Positions 17,861-27,858 of a DNA stretch of 60,506 bases are shown here, one piece after another. Numbering within the stretch: position 1 is the stretch's first letter; each line of letters begins with the position of its first letter. Under the pieces are notes generated by a model. The model did not search any database. It was not told where the DNA came from and was given only the letters and a program-made list of their open reading frames with translations. The position numbers and the translations under genes are program-made. This stretch comes from Candidatus Sericytochromatia bacterium. Its GTDB lineage: Bacteria; Cyanobacteriota; Sericytochromatia; S15B-MN24; VGJW01. The stretch spans positions 1-60,506 of the forward strand of contig JAYKHS010000018.1 in NCBI GenBank assembly GCA_035285865.1, read 5' to 3'.

Positions 17861-19015
17861 TCAACCGCCGAAACTGAAGAGCTTCTTCACGCCGCCGAAG
17901 ACGCTGCCGGCCTTCTTCAGGCCGTCGCCCACGATGCCACTGGCGGCATCGACCAGCTTGCCCGCCTCCTTGACGGCGGCATTGGCAACCTTCCTGGACG
18001 TGGCGCCGGGATCCCGGAAGAAATCCGCAGCCGTCCGGGCAACCTCGGTACCCACCCTGATGGCAGCCTTGCCGCCAGCCACGATCTTGTCCTTGTTCGC
18101 CACGCCGTAGCGAATGAGATCCAGCCCCAGAGCTGCCACCTTGAGACCAGCACCAATCACCGGACCGGCAGGCGGCATCAGCATGGCCACGTTGCCCGCC
18201 ATGTTGAGCGCATTGCTGGCCAGTTCGGCTCCGTTCTTCCACGTGAGCCCGTTCTTGGCGATGTCCGTCGCCGCACCCATGACACCAGCGGCACCGGCCA
18301 CGATGCCCGTCACGGGGTTGAGCTTCGCCACGAACCCGGTCTTGCCAGCCAATTGCGCCACACCACCGACGCCGTTCAGCGTCGTCAACGCATCGCGGCC
18401 AATCCCCTTCACGAACTCGGGGTCGGCGAGCTTGCGCGGATCCTTCGCGGCGGCCACCAGGGACTTGCTCATGTTGAACGCCGAGACAGCCCCGCGCGCC
18501 ACATCGATACCCACGCCAATCTTGGCGGCAGTACCCAAGGGCTTCGCGTCACCGATGGCAGGTTTCTTAGCCTCGAAGGGCTGACCGCTGGCCTTGGCGT
18601 CGAGATAGGTGCGCAGGTCGGTGCGCAACGTACCTTTCTCGCGCATGAACTTGTTGAACTTGTCGACCCCCTCCTTGGAGGCCTGGGCGCCTTCGATGGT
18701 CGCCGCCACGTCGTCCTTGCCCGTCAGCCGCGCGACGGTGCCCGCCACGGCCATGCCGGCGGTGGCGACCATCTCGGGCTTGATCTGCCTGACCATCCCG
18801 ACCAGCTTCTTGGCTTCATCGAGCCCGAGTTTCTCGGAAAAACCGCCCGTGGGCCGGACTCCTTCGAGTTGCCCCGAGCCCTTGAAGGCGTCACCAGGGA
18901 GCACACCCGTGGGAGAGGCCGGTGCCTTCGATGGCAGCGGCACGCTGCCTCTCGAACCCAGCGCCTGACTTCCCAGCGGCTGGGTGCCCGCAGGACGATT
19001 CGCGTTGACGCTCAT
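17861..19015 (-). CDS. Hypothetical Gly/Ala-rich helical protein with hydrophobic hairpins and a disordered N-terminus
   Basis: GAGGT RBS; no Sec signal; segments such as PVTGIVAGAAGVMGAA and MPPAGPVIGAGLKVAALG. Confidence 0.75.
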   Translation of the reverse strand: MSVNANRPAGTQPLGSQALGSRGSVPLPSKAPASPTGVLPGDAFKGSGQLEGVRPTGGFSEKLGLDEAKKLVGMVRQIKPEMVATAGMAVAGTVARLTGKDDVAATIEGAQASKEGVDKFNKFMREKGTLRTDLRTYLDAKASGQPFEAKKPAIGDAKPLGTAAKIGVGIDVARGAVSAFNMSKSLVAAAKDPRKLADPEFVKGIGRDALTTLNGVGGVAQLAGKTGFVAKLNPVTGIVAGAAGVMGAATDIAKNGLTWKNGAELASNALNMAGNVAMLMPPAGPVIGAGLKVAALGLDLIRYGVANKDKIVAGGKAAIRVGTEVARTAADFFRDPGATSRKVANAAVKEAGKLVDAASGIVGDGLKKAGSVFGGVKKLFSFGG

Positions 19016-19108
19016 GGACAGGTCACCTCACATGCATCGTCCGCAGTCGGAGGCCCGCCTCTGTCCTCATTCAAGAAGTCTTGGAGAACAATTGATGCCG
19101 CTTAATGT

Positions 19109-20500
19109 TCAGAGCGTCTTCGAGAAGATTCGGCCCCGCTCGGGTGCCTGTCGGAGGTAGGCATCGAAGACCATGCAGATGTTGCGAATCAGCATCTGGC
19201 CGACCGGCGTCACCTCGAGTGCGGCAGGCAGGCGCCGGACCAGGCCGTCCTCTTCGAAGGCACCGAGCTCGGCCCATTCCGTGGCAAAGACCTCATCGAA
19301 ATCCACGCCGTGCCTTGCCGCAACCCTGGCCTTGTCCAAACGACCATGACCGATGAGCGTGTTGATGACGTCGCGCCGCAACCGATCGTCGGCCGACAGG
19401 TGCATGCCCTTGGCGACCGGACCGTCCGGTCCCTCCATGGCCGCCATGTAGGCTGCCAAGGTCCGCTGGTTCTGGTAGTAGGCACCATCCAGGTCACTGA
19501 TGGCCGACATCCCGAAGGACAGCAGGTCACTCTCGGCACAGGTCGTGTAGCCCATGAAGTTCCGCCTGAGCGACCCGTCCTTGCGGGCGTGCGTCAGCTC
19601 ATTATCCGGGCGCGCGAAGTGATCCATGCCGATGTAGGCCATCCCGGCATCCACGAACGTGTCGATGGCCCGCTCGAAGAGACGCAACTTGAGATCAGAG
19701 TCCGGCAGGTTCTTCAGGTTGCGCTGGTGCGGGAAGACGGACGGCAGGTGCGCGTAGTGGAAGAGCGCCAGGCGATCGGGGGCGATCTCGAGGACCTGCT
19801 CCAACGTCCTCACGAAGCCGTCCCAAGTCTGCTCGGGCAAGCCATACATCAGGTCCAGGTTGACGCTGATGAAGCCCAGGTCGCGGCACATCGCCACGAG
19901 GTCCCGGGTCAGCTCGTAGGACTGCAGGCGGTTCACGGCCTTCTGGACCACCGGGTCGAAGTCCTGGACGCCCATGCTGATGCGGTTGAAGCCCAGTCTG
20001 GCCAGGGTCTCGACATGCGCACGGGTCGTCACGTTCGGATGCACCTCGAGCGAGACTTCAGCCCCTTCCGCCAGCCGGAAATGCCTGAAAAGCATGCCGT
20101 GAAGGCGCTCGATCTCGTCGGGCTGCAGATGGGTGGGCGTCCCGCCCCCCCAGTGCAACTGGACCACGGGCCGGGTGACGTCGACCTGTCCGGCAACCCA
20201 CGCGATTTCCCGCTCGACGGCGTCCAGATAAGCCGTGACGCGCGCCCGAGCCTTGTTCAGCTGGATGTTGCAGCCGCAGTAGAAGCAGAGCTTCTCGCAG
20301 AACGGGATGTGCACATAGAGAGACAGGGGAACGCCGGCCCGCTCGCGGGCATTGGTCGCCAGCGCCTCGCGCGCGCCCTCGGGCCCGAATTCCGCCGTCC
20401 ACTCGGGGGCCGTCGGATAGCTGGTGTACCGGGGACCGGACTGGGCATACCGCTCCAGGAGCTCGCGCGGAACCCGGAAAGTCGAGGCGGGGGGCGCCAT
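19109..20500 (-). CDS. hemN: Oxygen-independent coproporphyrinogen III oxidase
   Basis: GPRYTSYPTA, radical SAM HIPFCEKLCFYCGC, HWGGGTP, YIGMDHFA, RNFMGY, FSKTL. The ATG overlaps the hemE TGA. Confidence 0.97.
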   Translation of the reverse strand: MAPPASTFRVPRELLERYAQSGPRYTSYPTAPEWTAEFGPEGAREALATNARERAGVPLSLYVHIPFCEKLCFYCGCNIQLNKARARVTAYLDAVEREIAWVAGQVDVTRPVVQLHWGGGTPTHLQPDEIERLHGMLFRHFRLAEGAEVSLEVHPNVTTRAHVETLARLGFNRISMGVQDFDPVVQKAVNRLQSYELTRDLVAMCRDLGFISVNLDLMYGLPEQTWDGFVRTLEQVLEIAPDRLALFHYAHLPSVFPHQRNLKNLPDSDLKLRLFERAIDTFVDAGMAYIGMDHFARPDNELTHARKDGSLRRNFMGYTTCAESDLLSFGMSAISDLDGAYYQNQRTLAAYMAAMEGPDGPVAKGMHLSADDRLRRDVINTLIGHGRLDKARVAARHGVDFDEVFATEWAELGAFEEDGLVRRLPAALEVTPVGQMLIRNICMVFDAYLRQAPERGRIFSKTL

Positions 20501-21558
20501 CAGCGGGTGTCCTCGGCGCCCATCGGATCCCGTGTGGCCTCCACGAAGGCCTTCACGTGGGCGACGGGGATGTCGGGAAGCAGGCCGTGGCCCAGGTTCC
20601 AGACGTGGCCGGGACGTCCGGCGACGGCCTCGGCCAGCGCGCGGACCCGCTGCCGGATACGCTCGGGTGCGGCATACAGCAGACACGGATCGACGTTGCC
20701 CTGCAGGGCCACCTTGTCGCCATGGCGGTCCATCACGGCAGGCAGGTCACAACGCCAGTCCAGAGAGAGCATGTCGGCTCCGGAATCGACCATCGCCTCG
20801 ACAAGGTGCGGACTCATGCCGACATAGAGCGTGACGGGGACACCCACGAGCTGCAGGGCCCGGACAATCTTGCGGATGGGGGGCAGCGCGATTGCCCGCC
20901 ACGTCGCCTCATCGAGGACGCCGCCCCACGAGTCGAAGACCTGGACCATGCGGGCCCCGCCACGGACCTGATCGGCCAACGAGCTGGCCACCGTGTCGGC
21001 GAGGCGATCCAGCAGCTGGGCAAAGGCCGCCGGATGCTCGGCAAGGAAACGCCGAGTACGGGACCAGTCCTTGCTGCCACCGCCGTCGATGGCATAACAG
21101 GCAAGCGTGAAGGGCGCCCCCGCAAATCCGATGACCGGCACGCGACCGGCCAGGCGATCGCAGACTTCCGCGACGGCCTCGCGGACGAAGGGAAGGTCCG
21201 TGGCGGCATCCGCCACGCGCACCCGGTCCAGGTCGCCAAGCGCACGCACGGGGTTGGCGATGCGGGGCCCTTTGTCCAGGAAGGCCACCTCGAAGCCCAT
21301 GGCCTCGAGCGGGACAAGGATATCGGAGAACAGGATCGCGGCATCGACGCCCAGGATGTCCACGGGTTGGACGGTAACCTCGGCCGCCAACTCGGGCGTC
21401 CGACACATGGTCAGAAAGTCGGCCTTCTCCCGGACTGCGCGGTACTCGGGCAAATAGCGCCCTGCCTGTCGCATCATCCAGACCGGGGCCCGATCCACGG
21501 GTTGCCGGCGCGCTGCGGCGAGAATCCTGGGAGCCGTGCCCGGTGTCGCGGTGGTCAT
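20500..21558 (-). CDS. hemE: Uroporphyrinogen decarboxylase
   Basis: PVWMMRQAGRYLPEYR, DAAILFSDIL, GFAGAPFTL, QVFDSW, QGNVDP, NLGHG. Confidence 0.97.
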   Translation of the reverse strand: MTTATPGTAPRILAAARRQPVDRAPVWMMRQAGRYLPEYRAVREKADFLTMCRTPELAAEVTVQPVDILGVDAAILFSDILVPLEAMGFEVAFLDKGPRIANPVRALGDLDRVRVADAATDLPFVREAVAEVCDRLAGRVPVIGFAGAPFTLACYAIDGGGSKDWSRTRRFLAEHPAAFAQLLDRLADTVASSLADQVRGGARMVQVFDSWGGVLDEATWRAIALPPIRKIVRALQLVGVPVTLYVGMSPHLVEAMVDSGADMLSLDWRCDLPAVMDRHGDKVALQGNVDPCLLYAAPERIRQRVRALAEAVAGRPGHVWNLGHGLLPDIPVAHVKAFVEATRDPMGAEDTR

Positions 21559-21592
21559 GCGCTCCATGGTAACGCACGCCACCGGCACCGGG

Positions 21593-22174
21593 TCAGGATT
21601 CGAGGCGCTCCAGAATCTCCCGAACGTAGACGCGTGTCTCCTTGAATGGCGGCACCCCCCCGTACTTGCGCACGTTGCCGGGTCCGGCGTTGTAGGCGGC
21701 CAGCGCCAGCTGCCGATCCCCGTTGAAGGTCTCGAGCTGTTCCTTCAGGTAACGCGCGCCCCCGCGCACGCTCTGAATCGGATCGAAGGGGTCCTTGACG
21801 CCCATGGCACGAGCCGTCGCCGGCATCAGCTGCATGAGGCCCTTGGCGCCTGCCGGAGAGACCAGATGGGGACGACCGCCGGACTCCTTCTGCATCTGTG
21901 AGGCCAAGAGGTGGGGGTCCAGTCCGAACTCCCGAGCGACATCTTGAATCTGGGGCCACCAACGCTTCACCGCAGGCACGGCCCAATCAGGCGCAGCCAG
22001 CCCACCGGCGGCCACTTTGGGAGCCGAATTCGCCAAGGTGTCCCGCGCCACGGGCCCCGTCCCACGCTGTGATGCAGCAAGGGAAGCATCCGGCACCGGC
22101 GCTGTCGCGGACCCACGCGCGGGCGTACCCTGCGGCGGGCTCACCGACGACGACCTCGCGATCTGCGGCACCAT
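21593..22174 (-). CDS. SLT-family lytic transglycosylase with a low-complexity N-terminus
   Basis: ESGG, SPAGAKGLMQLMPATA, ALAAYNAG, PPFKETRVYV; RBS GGAGG. Confidence 0.92.
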   Translation of the reverse strand: MVPQIARSSSVSPPQGTPARGSATAPVPDASLAASQRGTGPVARDTLANSAPKVAAGGLAAPDWAVPAVKRWWPQIQDVAREFGLDPHLLASQMQKESGGRPHLVSPAGAKGLMQLMPATARAMGVKDPFDPIQSVRGGARYLKEQLETFNGDRQLALAAYNAGPGNVRKYGGVPPFKETRVYVREILERLES

Positions 22175-22260
22175 GACCTCCGGACCTTGCCTTCTCCATA
22201 CCCGCAGTGAGCACGTCCCCTGCGCCGGGCGTGGCATGATGACGGTCGGGGGTAGCCTGC

Positions 22261-23139
22261 GTGCCGCAACACTCGGAGTTCATCGTCTTCGACGTGGAAA
22301 CCACGGGCCTAAGCCCGACCCAGGACGCACTCATCGAAGTCGCCGCCCTGCGCTTCGATGCCACGGGCGCCACGATGGATACCTTCCACACCTTCGTGCG
22401 GCCGCCCCGGGACTACATCCCCCACAAGATCCAGGAGCTTACCGGCATCCGCCCCCAGGACGTCCGCGAAGCGCCCGGACCCGACCGGGTCCTGCCGGAC
22501 TTCCGTGCGTGGCTGGGCGATGGGTGCACGCCGATGCTCGCGCACAACGCCGTCTTCGATCTCGACTTTCTGGGTCCCGCGATGGCGCGGCTCGGCCTGT
22601 CGCTTCCCGGAGCGCCGGTGTTCGACACCTTGGCGATGGCCCGCTCCCTGCTGCCGGACTTGGTGAACCACAAACTCGTGACGGTCGGGGAAGCCCTGGG
22701 CCTGGCTTCCGAGACACTGCACCGGGCCGACGCAGATGGCGCCCTCCTGAAAGACATCTTCCTCGCCCTGCGGCGCCTTTCTGGCCTCGAGAGCGCCGAG
22801 GCTCTGGCCTCGCGATTCTCGCCTTTGCGCTTTCTTGCGGGCCCGCAACCGCGCGTCGAACCCGAGCTCCTGCCCGTCCCGCACGACCCCCCGGGCTTCG
22901 AGGGCCTGCAACGGGCCATCGCCGCGCGCGCCGCCATCCGCTTCGTGTATCAGGGGGGACGCGATCCCGGCCTGGCACGCACGATTGTCCCGACCCGCCT
23001 CGGCCGTCTGGGTCAGAACGTCTATCTGAAAGGCGTGCCACCCGGCAGCAGCAGCGAACTGACCTATCGCCTCGAGCTTGTTTCCTCGTGGCAGTTGCTT
23101 TCGGGAGACACTCCGCCCACGACGCAGCATGGACCGTGA
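22261..23139 (+). CDS. DEDDh 3'-5' exonuclease (DnaQ-like) fused to a C-terminal WYL-like domain
   Basis: FDVETTG, AHNAVFD and HRADAD. C-terminal AIAARAAIRFVY...RTIVP...YLKG...TYRLE. Confidence 0.88.
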   Translation: MPQHSEFIVFDVETTGLSPTQDALIEVAALRFDATGATMDTFHTFVRPPRDYIPHKIQELTGIRPQDVREAPGPDRVLPDFRAWLGDGCTPMLAHNAVFDLDFLGPAMARLGLSLPGAPVFDTLAMARSLLPDLVNHKLVTVGEALGLASETLHRADADGALLKDIFLALRRLSGLESAEALASRFSPLRFLAGPQPRVEPELLPVPHDPPGFEGLQRAIAARAAIRFVYQGGRDPGLARTIVPTRLGRLGQNVYLKGVPPGSSSELTYRLELVSSWQLLSGDTPPTTQHGP

Positions 23140-23187
23140 TGGCGGATGGGCCCGTGCTAGCATGACCTACCCCTTTCAGCGAGTCGC

Positions 23188-25329
23188 ATGCTTCTCGGCC
23201 ATCAGCCCAATATCCGCTTCGCCTTCGGCCTGCACCTGCACCAACCCGTCGGCAACTCTGACGAGGTCGCGACCCGCGTCTGCGATCAGGCCTACTTGCC
23301 CTTCCTGAGGGTCCTCGAGCGCCATCCCGCGATCCCGGTTGCCCTGCATTTCAGTGGTTCGATTCTGGATCGCTTCGCCGCGCACCGTCCCGAGTTGCTG
23401 GCCATCGTCCGCGGACTCGTGGCACGCGGTCAGGTCGAAGTCATCGGGGGAGCCTACCACGAGCCCATCCTGGCCCTGATCCCGGATCAGGATCGCCGAG
23501 ATCAGGTCACGGCACTCTCCGATCGCCTGCATGAACTCTTCGGCAAACGTCCGACAGGCTTGTGGCTGACGGAACGCGCCTGGGAACCTCACCTCGCCGA
23601 TGCCATCGGTCGCACGGGCCTCGGCTGGACCGTGCTGGATGACGAACATCTGCAGGCTGGTGGCCTGCGCGGCCCCCAGCGATTCGGCAACTGGATCACC
23701 GAGGACGGTGGCACAGCCCTGCGCATCCTGCCGATGCACACGGAACTCAGGCTCCTCATCCCCAACGCCGAACCCGAGGAAGTGTTGCGTTACCTGCAGG
23801 ACCACGCCACGCCCGACGGCAGCAGGATTGCCGTGTTCTTCGACGACGCCTCCCGCTTCGGAGCCTGGCCCGGCACCCATCAACGCCTCTACTCCGAAGG
23901 CTGGCTCGACCGCTTCTTCACGCTGTTGCAAGACAACGCGAGCTGGGTCCGTTGCGACACCCCCTCCGCGCACCTCGCCGCACTGGCACCGTGGGGCCAG
24001 ATCTACATTCCAGCCATGAGCTACCGGGAGATGGCCGGCTGGTCGCTGCCCCCGGAACTCGAGCCGGCACATGCCCGCGCCGTCTCCGCCCTTGGGCCGG
24101 AGTTGGCCCCGTTCCTCGGCGGCGGATTCATCCGCCGCTTCCTCGCCCGGTACCCCGAGGCCAACCTCCTGCACAAGCGGATGCTCGACGTTTCCCGCCG
24201 CCTCGGGGAAGTCCGCGACTCGCTCGCCGACAAGACAGACGCTCGCGTGGCCGAAGCGCGGGAAGCCCTCTGGAGAGGCCAGGCCAACGAGCCGCTCTGG
24301 CATGGTGTCTTCGGGGGCCTCTACCTGGCCAACCTCCGCGACGCAGGCTGGCGTGCCCTCATCGAGGCCGACAGGCTGATCGATGGCCTGCGACACGGCG
24401 ATGCACCGTTTGTCGAAGTCCAGAGCCAGGACCTGGACCGGGACGGCCGGGAAGAAACGCTCGTGCGCACCCGGGACGTGACTGCCGTCGTCACCTGGCA
24501 GGGCGGTGCGTTGCTCGAACTGGACCTCAAGCGATGGGCGCGAAACGTGCTGGATACGCTGACCCGCCACCCCGAGGCCTATCACGCGCCTTTGGTGATG
24601 GCCTCGGCGCGGCATGCGGCCCACGAAGCAAATGGCACGGGCCAGCGGGCTGCCCAGGAGCTGGTGATGATCAAGGAAGCCGCCCGCCCAGCCATGGCCC
24701 GCGACTGGCACCGACGCGCCTCGTGCCTCGACCATCTGCTCCACCCGGACAGCACCCGCGAACAATGGGCGGAAGCCACCTACGGCGAGCAGGGCGACTT
24801 CGTGCTCGAGCCTTATAGGCTGTCCACCAGCGCGGACACTTCGGGCGTGGTCGTGACTGCCGAACGCGACGGCCACGTGTGGGTCGGACAGGAATTCCGC
24901 CCGCTGATCATCCGAAAGTCCTTCCGCTTCGCCGAGGAGGGTCTGGGTTTCAACGTCACGATCACGCTCGAGAATCCGGGCGACACGCCCTTGGACCTCT
25001 GGTACGGCACCTCCTCGACCGTGGCGATCGTGCCTGGCGCGGACCCCGGGCACACGTGGGAAGTGGGCGGGACATCCGGACCAGTGGCCAACTGCCACGA
25101 GGCTCAGGAGGCTACAGGCATCCGGTTTGCCGACGACCGTTCCGGACGTGCGCTGGCTCTGGACTGGTCCGAACCCGGGACCGTCTGGACCACGCCCGTC
25201 GAAACGCGCTCACAGGGGGCGGAAGGCATCGAGCGACTCTTCCAAGGTTGCGCCGTGCTCACGCACTGGCGGCTCAGGCTCGAGCCCGAGCGACCCTGGA
25301 CCGTCGCGGTGCGCTGGTCAGGCGATTAG
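23188..25329 (+). CDS. GH57 alpha-amylase/4-alpha-glucanotransferase (DUF1925/DUF1926 architecture)
   Basis: HLHQPVGN, WLTERAW (nucleophile Glu), DDASRFGAWPGT, SYREM..W.L, WHGVFGGLY. Confidence 0.9.
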   Translation: MLLGHQPNIRFAFGLHLHQPVGNSDEVATRVCDQAYLPFLRVLERHPAIPVALHFSGSILDRFAAHRPELLAIVRGLVARGQVEVIGGAYHEPILALIPDQDRRDQVTALSDRLHELFGKRPTGLWLTERAWEPHLADAIGRTGLGWTVLDDEHLQAGGLRGPQRFGNWITEDGGTALRILPMHTELRLLIPNAEPEEVLRYLQDHATPDGSRIAVFFDDASRFGAWPGTHQRLYSEGWLDRFFTLLQDNASWVRCDTPSAHLAALAPWGQIYIPAMSYREMAGWSLPPELEPAHARAVSALGPELAPFLGGGFIRRFLARYPEANLLHKRMLDVSRRLGEVRDSLADKTDARVAEAREALWRGQANEPLWHGVFGGLYLANLRDAGWRALIEADRLIDGLRHGDAPFVEVQSQDLDRDGREETLVRTRDVTAVVTWQGGALLELDLKRWARNVLDTLTRHPEAYHAPLVMASARHAAHEANGTGQRAAQELVMIKEAARPAMARDWHRRASCLDHLLHPDSTREQWAEATYGEQGDFVLEPYRLSTSADTSGVVVTAERDGHVWVGQEFRPLIIRKSFRFAEEGLGFNVTITLENPGDTPLDLWYGTSSTVAIVPGADPGHTWEVGGTSGPVANCHEAQEATGIRFADDRSGRALALDWSEPGTVWTTPVETRSQGAEGIERLFQGCAVLTHWRLRLEPERPWTVAVRWSGD

Positions 25330-25931
25330 CGGCGGATGATCAGCTCGTCCTTGGGGAAACCCTTGGCGAGGATCCACTGCTCCATCAGGGCCGTTTCGCG
25401 GCGACGGACGGGATCGAGCCCCCCGAGAAGCACATGGGCTCGGGCCGCACCCTGATAGGCACCGATGGCCTCCTGACGCAAGCTGTCGAGACGACGATCC
25501 AGCACCCGGGTGGAGGAGGCATTCTTGCGCGCCTCCGTGATGTCGTAGGAAGACGACGACCGCAGGAAAGTGTCGCGGCTCATGCGGTACGCGCCCGAGG
25601 CCTCCTCGGACTTGATTCTGGCAACTTCCGCTGCCGGGGTGCCGACACGCAGCAACTGCTGCTCGACATCGGCAAAGGGCTTGCCCGAGCGGATATAGTC
25701 GCGGATGGCGGCACGGAAAGCCACATCCAGGGACCGGGGCCTGCCCGTATTGGCCGGCGTGCGGATGACCTCGCCATCGGCGTGCAGGCCGGACAGTGCC
25801 ATGCTGTCCCGATCGAGGCGCGGGTCATGATGGACCGGTTCGGACCGGACCGGCGCAACGCGCTCGTGCATCGGGGCAACGGGTGCCGGTCCCGAAGGAA
25901 CGCCGCGAATATGGGCCTGCATGTCTGCCAT
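25326..25931 (-). CDS. Hypothetical protein with a Pro-rich N-terminus
   Basis: Convergent overlap with the GH57 stop; fills the gap before the divergent nitroreductase; helical C-terminal half. Confidence 0.55.
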   Translation of the reverse strand: MADMQAHIRGVPSGPAPVAPMHERVAPVRSEPVHHDPRLDRDSMALSGLHADGEVIRTPANTGRPRSLDVAFRAAIRDYIRSGKPFADVEQQLLRVGTPAAEVARIKSEEASGAYRMSRDTFLRSSSSYDITEARKNASSTRVLDRRLDSLRQEAIGAYQGAARAHVLLGGLDPVRRRETALMEQWILAKGFPKDELIIRR

Positions 25932-26032
25932 GCATCCCTTATGCCTCGAAAGGCTCCGGATCTTGCCTCCGGGGACCGAGACCAGGACGGCCGGGACGCA
26001 CGGGCGTGCGATGGTGCATGATGGTCCTGTCC

Positions 26033-26818
26033 ATGGAACTGCACGACGCCATCCTTCGCCGCCGGACGACCAACGGTCCCTTCCTGCCCGACCCTGTCCG
26101 TCCGGAACACCAGCGTCGCATCATCGAGGCTGCCAGCAGGGCCCCGAGCCACTTCAACAGCCAGCCATGGCGCTTCGTACTCATCGATGAACCGGCACGC
26201 ATCGGCCGTATCGCAGGCCTGGCCGGCGCGAGCATGACCAAGCTGATCGAGGACGGCCTGTTCTTCGAGCGCTACAAGCGCTACTTCCGATTCTCCCGGG
26301 AAGAAATGGATTTTCGCCGAGACGGCATTTTCATCGACCACCTGCCCGCTCCGCTGCGCCCGTTCATCCAGAAGGTCTTCAGCGAGACTGGCCTCAAGGT
26401 GATGAGAACCCTGGGCGTGCCGGAGCGCCTCGGCAAGGACAACGAGAAACTCGTGGCCGGCAGTCCCCTGCTGCTCGCCGTGATGCTGGACCGCGAGGAG
26501 TATGTCCCCGACAGGCTCAGCGGCTTCTACAGCCTCTTCGGCATGGGGGCCGCCATGGAGAACGTCTGGCTCACCGTCGGCGACCTGGGCATGGGCATCC
26601 AGTTCGTCAGCACCCCGATGGAGGTCCCCGACTGCTGGCAGGAGATCCAGGACCTGCTCGAGGTACCGCCCGAGCTTGCCCTGATGGCCATCTATCGCCT
26701 CGGCTATCTGCCCCCCGATGCCCGCAGGCCGGCCATCGACTGGACCAGCCAGGAGCGCAAGCCCTTCGAGCGCTTCGTCTTCCGCAACAGCTGCAGCCAG
26801 CCGGAGCCCCTCGCATGA
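26033..26818 (+). CDS. Nitroreductase family protein
   Basis: [29 protein letters not shown]...LGMG, YRLGY. Confidence 0.9.
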   Translation: MELHDAILRRRTTNGPFLPDPVRPEHQRRIIEAASRAPSHFNSQPWRFVLIDEPARIGRIAGLAGASMTKLIEDGLFFERYKRYFRFSREEMDFRRDGIFIDHLPAPLRPFIQKVFSETGLKVMRTLGVPERLGKDNEKLVAGSPLLLAVMLDREEYVPDRLSGFYSLFGMGAAMENVWLTVGDLGMGIQFVSTPMEVPDCWQEIQDLLEVPPELALMAIYRLGYLPPDARRPAIDWTSQERKPFERFVFRNSCSQPEPLA

Positions 26819-27858
26819 CCGCCTTCATCAGGGCGATGGCCACGGCCACCCCGGAGCATGCCGTCGGGCAGACGGAGGCATTGGCACTGGCGGCCAACCT
26901 TTATCCCGAACTTGCCGCCATACCCCGGATCGCCCGCGTGTTCGCCAACTCGGGCATCGACCGTCGCTACCTCGCCCGACCGCTGGCGTGGTTCGGCGAA
27001 GGTCACGATTTCGCCGCACGTAACGAGGCGTGGATCGAGACGGCCGACTTCCTGGGCCGCGAGGTCATCACGGCAGCCTTGCTCGCAGCCGCGCTCGAAC
27101 CCGGGGACATCGACGGTCTCGTCATGGTGACGACGACGGGGTTGCGGACCCCGAGCCTGGATGCCCGGTGGATCGACACCCTGGGCTTCCGCCGGACCAT
27201 CACCCGGCTGCCCGTCTGGGGGCTCGGATGCGCCGGAGGGGCCGCCGGCCTGGCTCGCGCCGCGGACCTCGTGCGGGCCGGACGCCGCAACGTCCTGCTC
27301 GTGGTCGTCGAATGCTGTTCCCTGACCTTCGTCCGCGAGGATGCCCGCCGCAGCAACTTCACGGCAACGGCGCTGTTCGGCGACGGGGCAGCCGCCGTCG
27401 TGCTCTCGGCCGAGGGACCGGGCCCCCGCATCCTCGGCAGCAGCAGCACCCTCCTCGAGGATTCGGACGACATCATGGGCTGGGATCTCGCGCCCGAAGG
27501 CCTCAAGGTCCGCTTCGCCCGCGACATTCCCAATCTCGTGTCCCGCCACGTGCCGGACAGCCTCGCGGCGGCCTGCGCGGCGCAAGGCCTCTCCCCGACG
27601 GACATCCGCCACCACGTCGTGCATCCCGGCGGCCCCAAGGTCCTCGCGGCCTACGAGGAGCTGCTGGGCACCGAGGAAGGGGGGCTCACGGACGCCCGAA
27701 GCGTGCTGCGCGCGTTCGGCAACATGAGCGCCCCGACCGTGCTCTTCGTTCTCGACCGGATGCTGCGACAGGGCCTTGAGCCGGGGGTCGGGATCCTGAC
27801 GGCCATGGGGCCGGGCTTCTCCATCGAACACGTGGTCTTCGAGGTGCCCGAGGCATGA
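26815..27858 (+). CDS. Type III polyketide synthase (BpsA/SrsA-like)
   Basis: Cys-His-Asn triad in GLGCAGG, VHPGGPK and [17 protein letters not shown]. Confidence 0.95.
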   Translation: MTAFIRAMATATPEHAVGQTEALALAANLYPELAAIPRIARVFANSGIDRRYLARPLAWFGEGHDFAARNEAWIETADFLGREVITAALLAAALEPGDIDGLVMVTTTGLRTPSLDARWIDTLGFRRTITRLPVWGLGCAGGAAGLARAADLVRAGRRNVLLVVVECCSLTFVREDARRSNFTATALFGDGAAAVVLSAEGPGPRILGSSSTLLEDSDDIMGWDLAPEGLKVRFARDIPNLVSRHVPDSLAAACAAQGLSPTDIRHHVVHPGGPKVLAAYEELLGTEEGGLTDARSVLRAFGNMSAPTVLFVLDRMLRQGLEPGVGILTAMGPGFSIEHVVFEVPEA

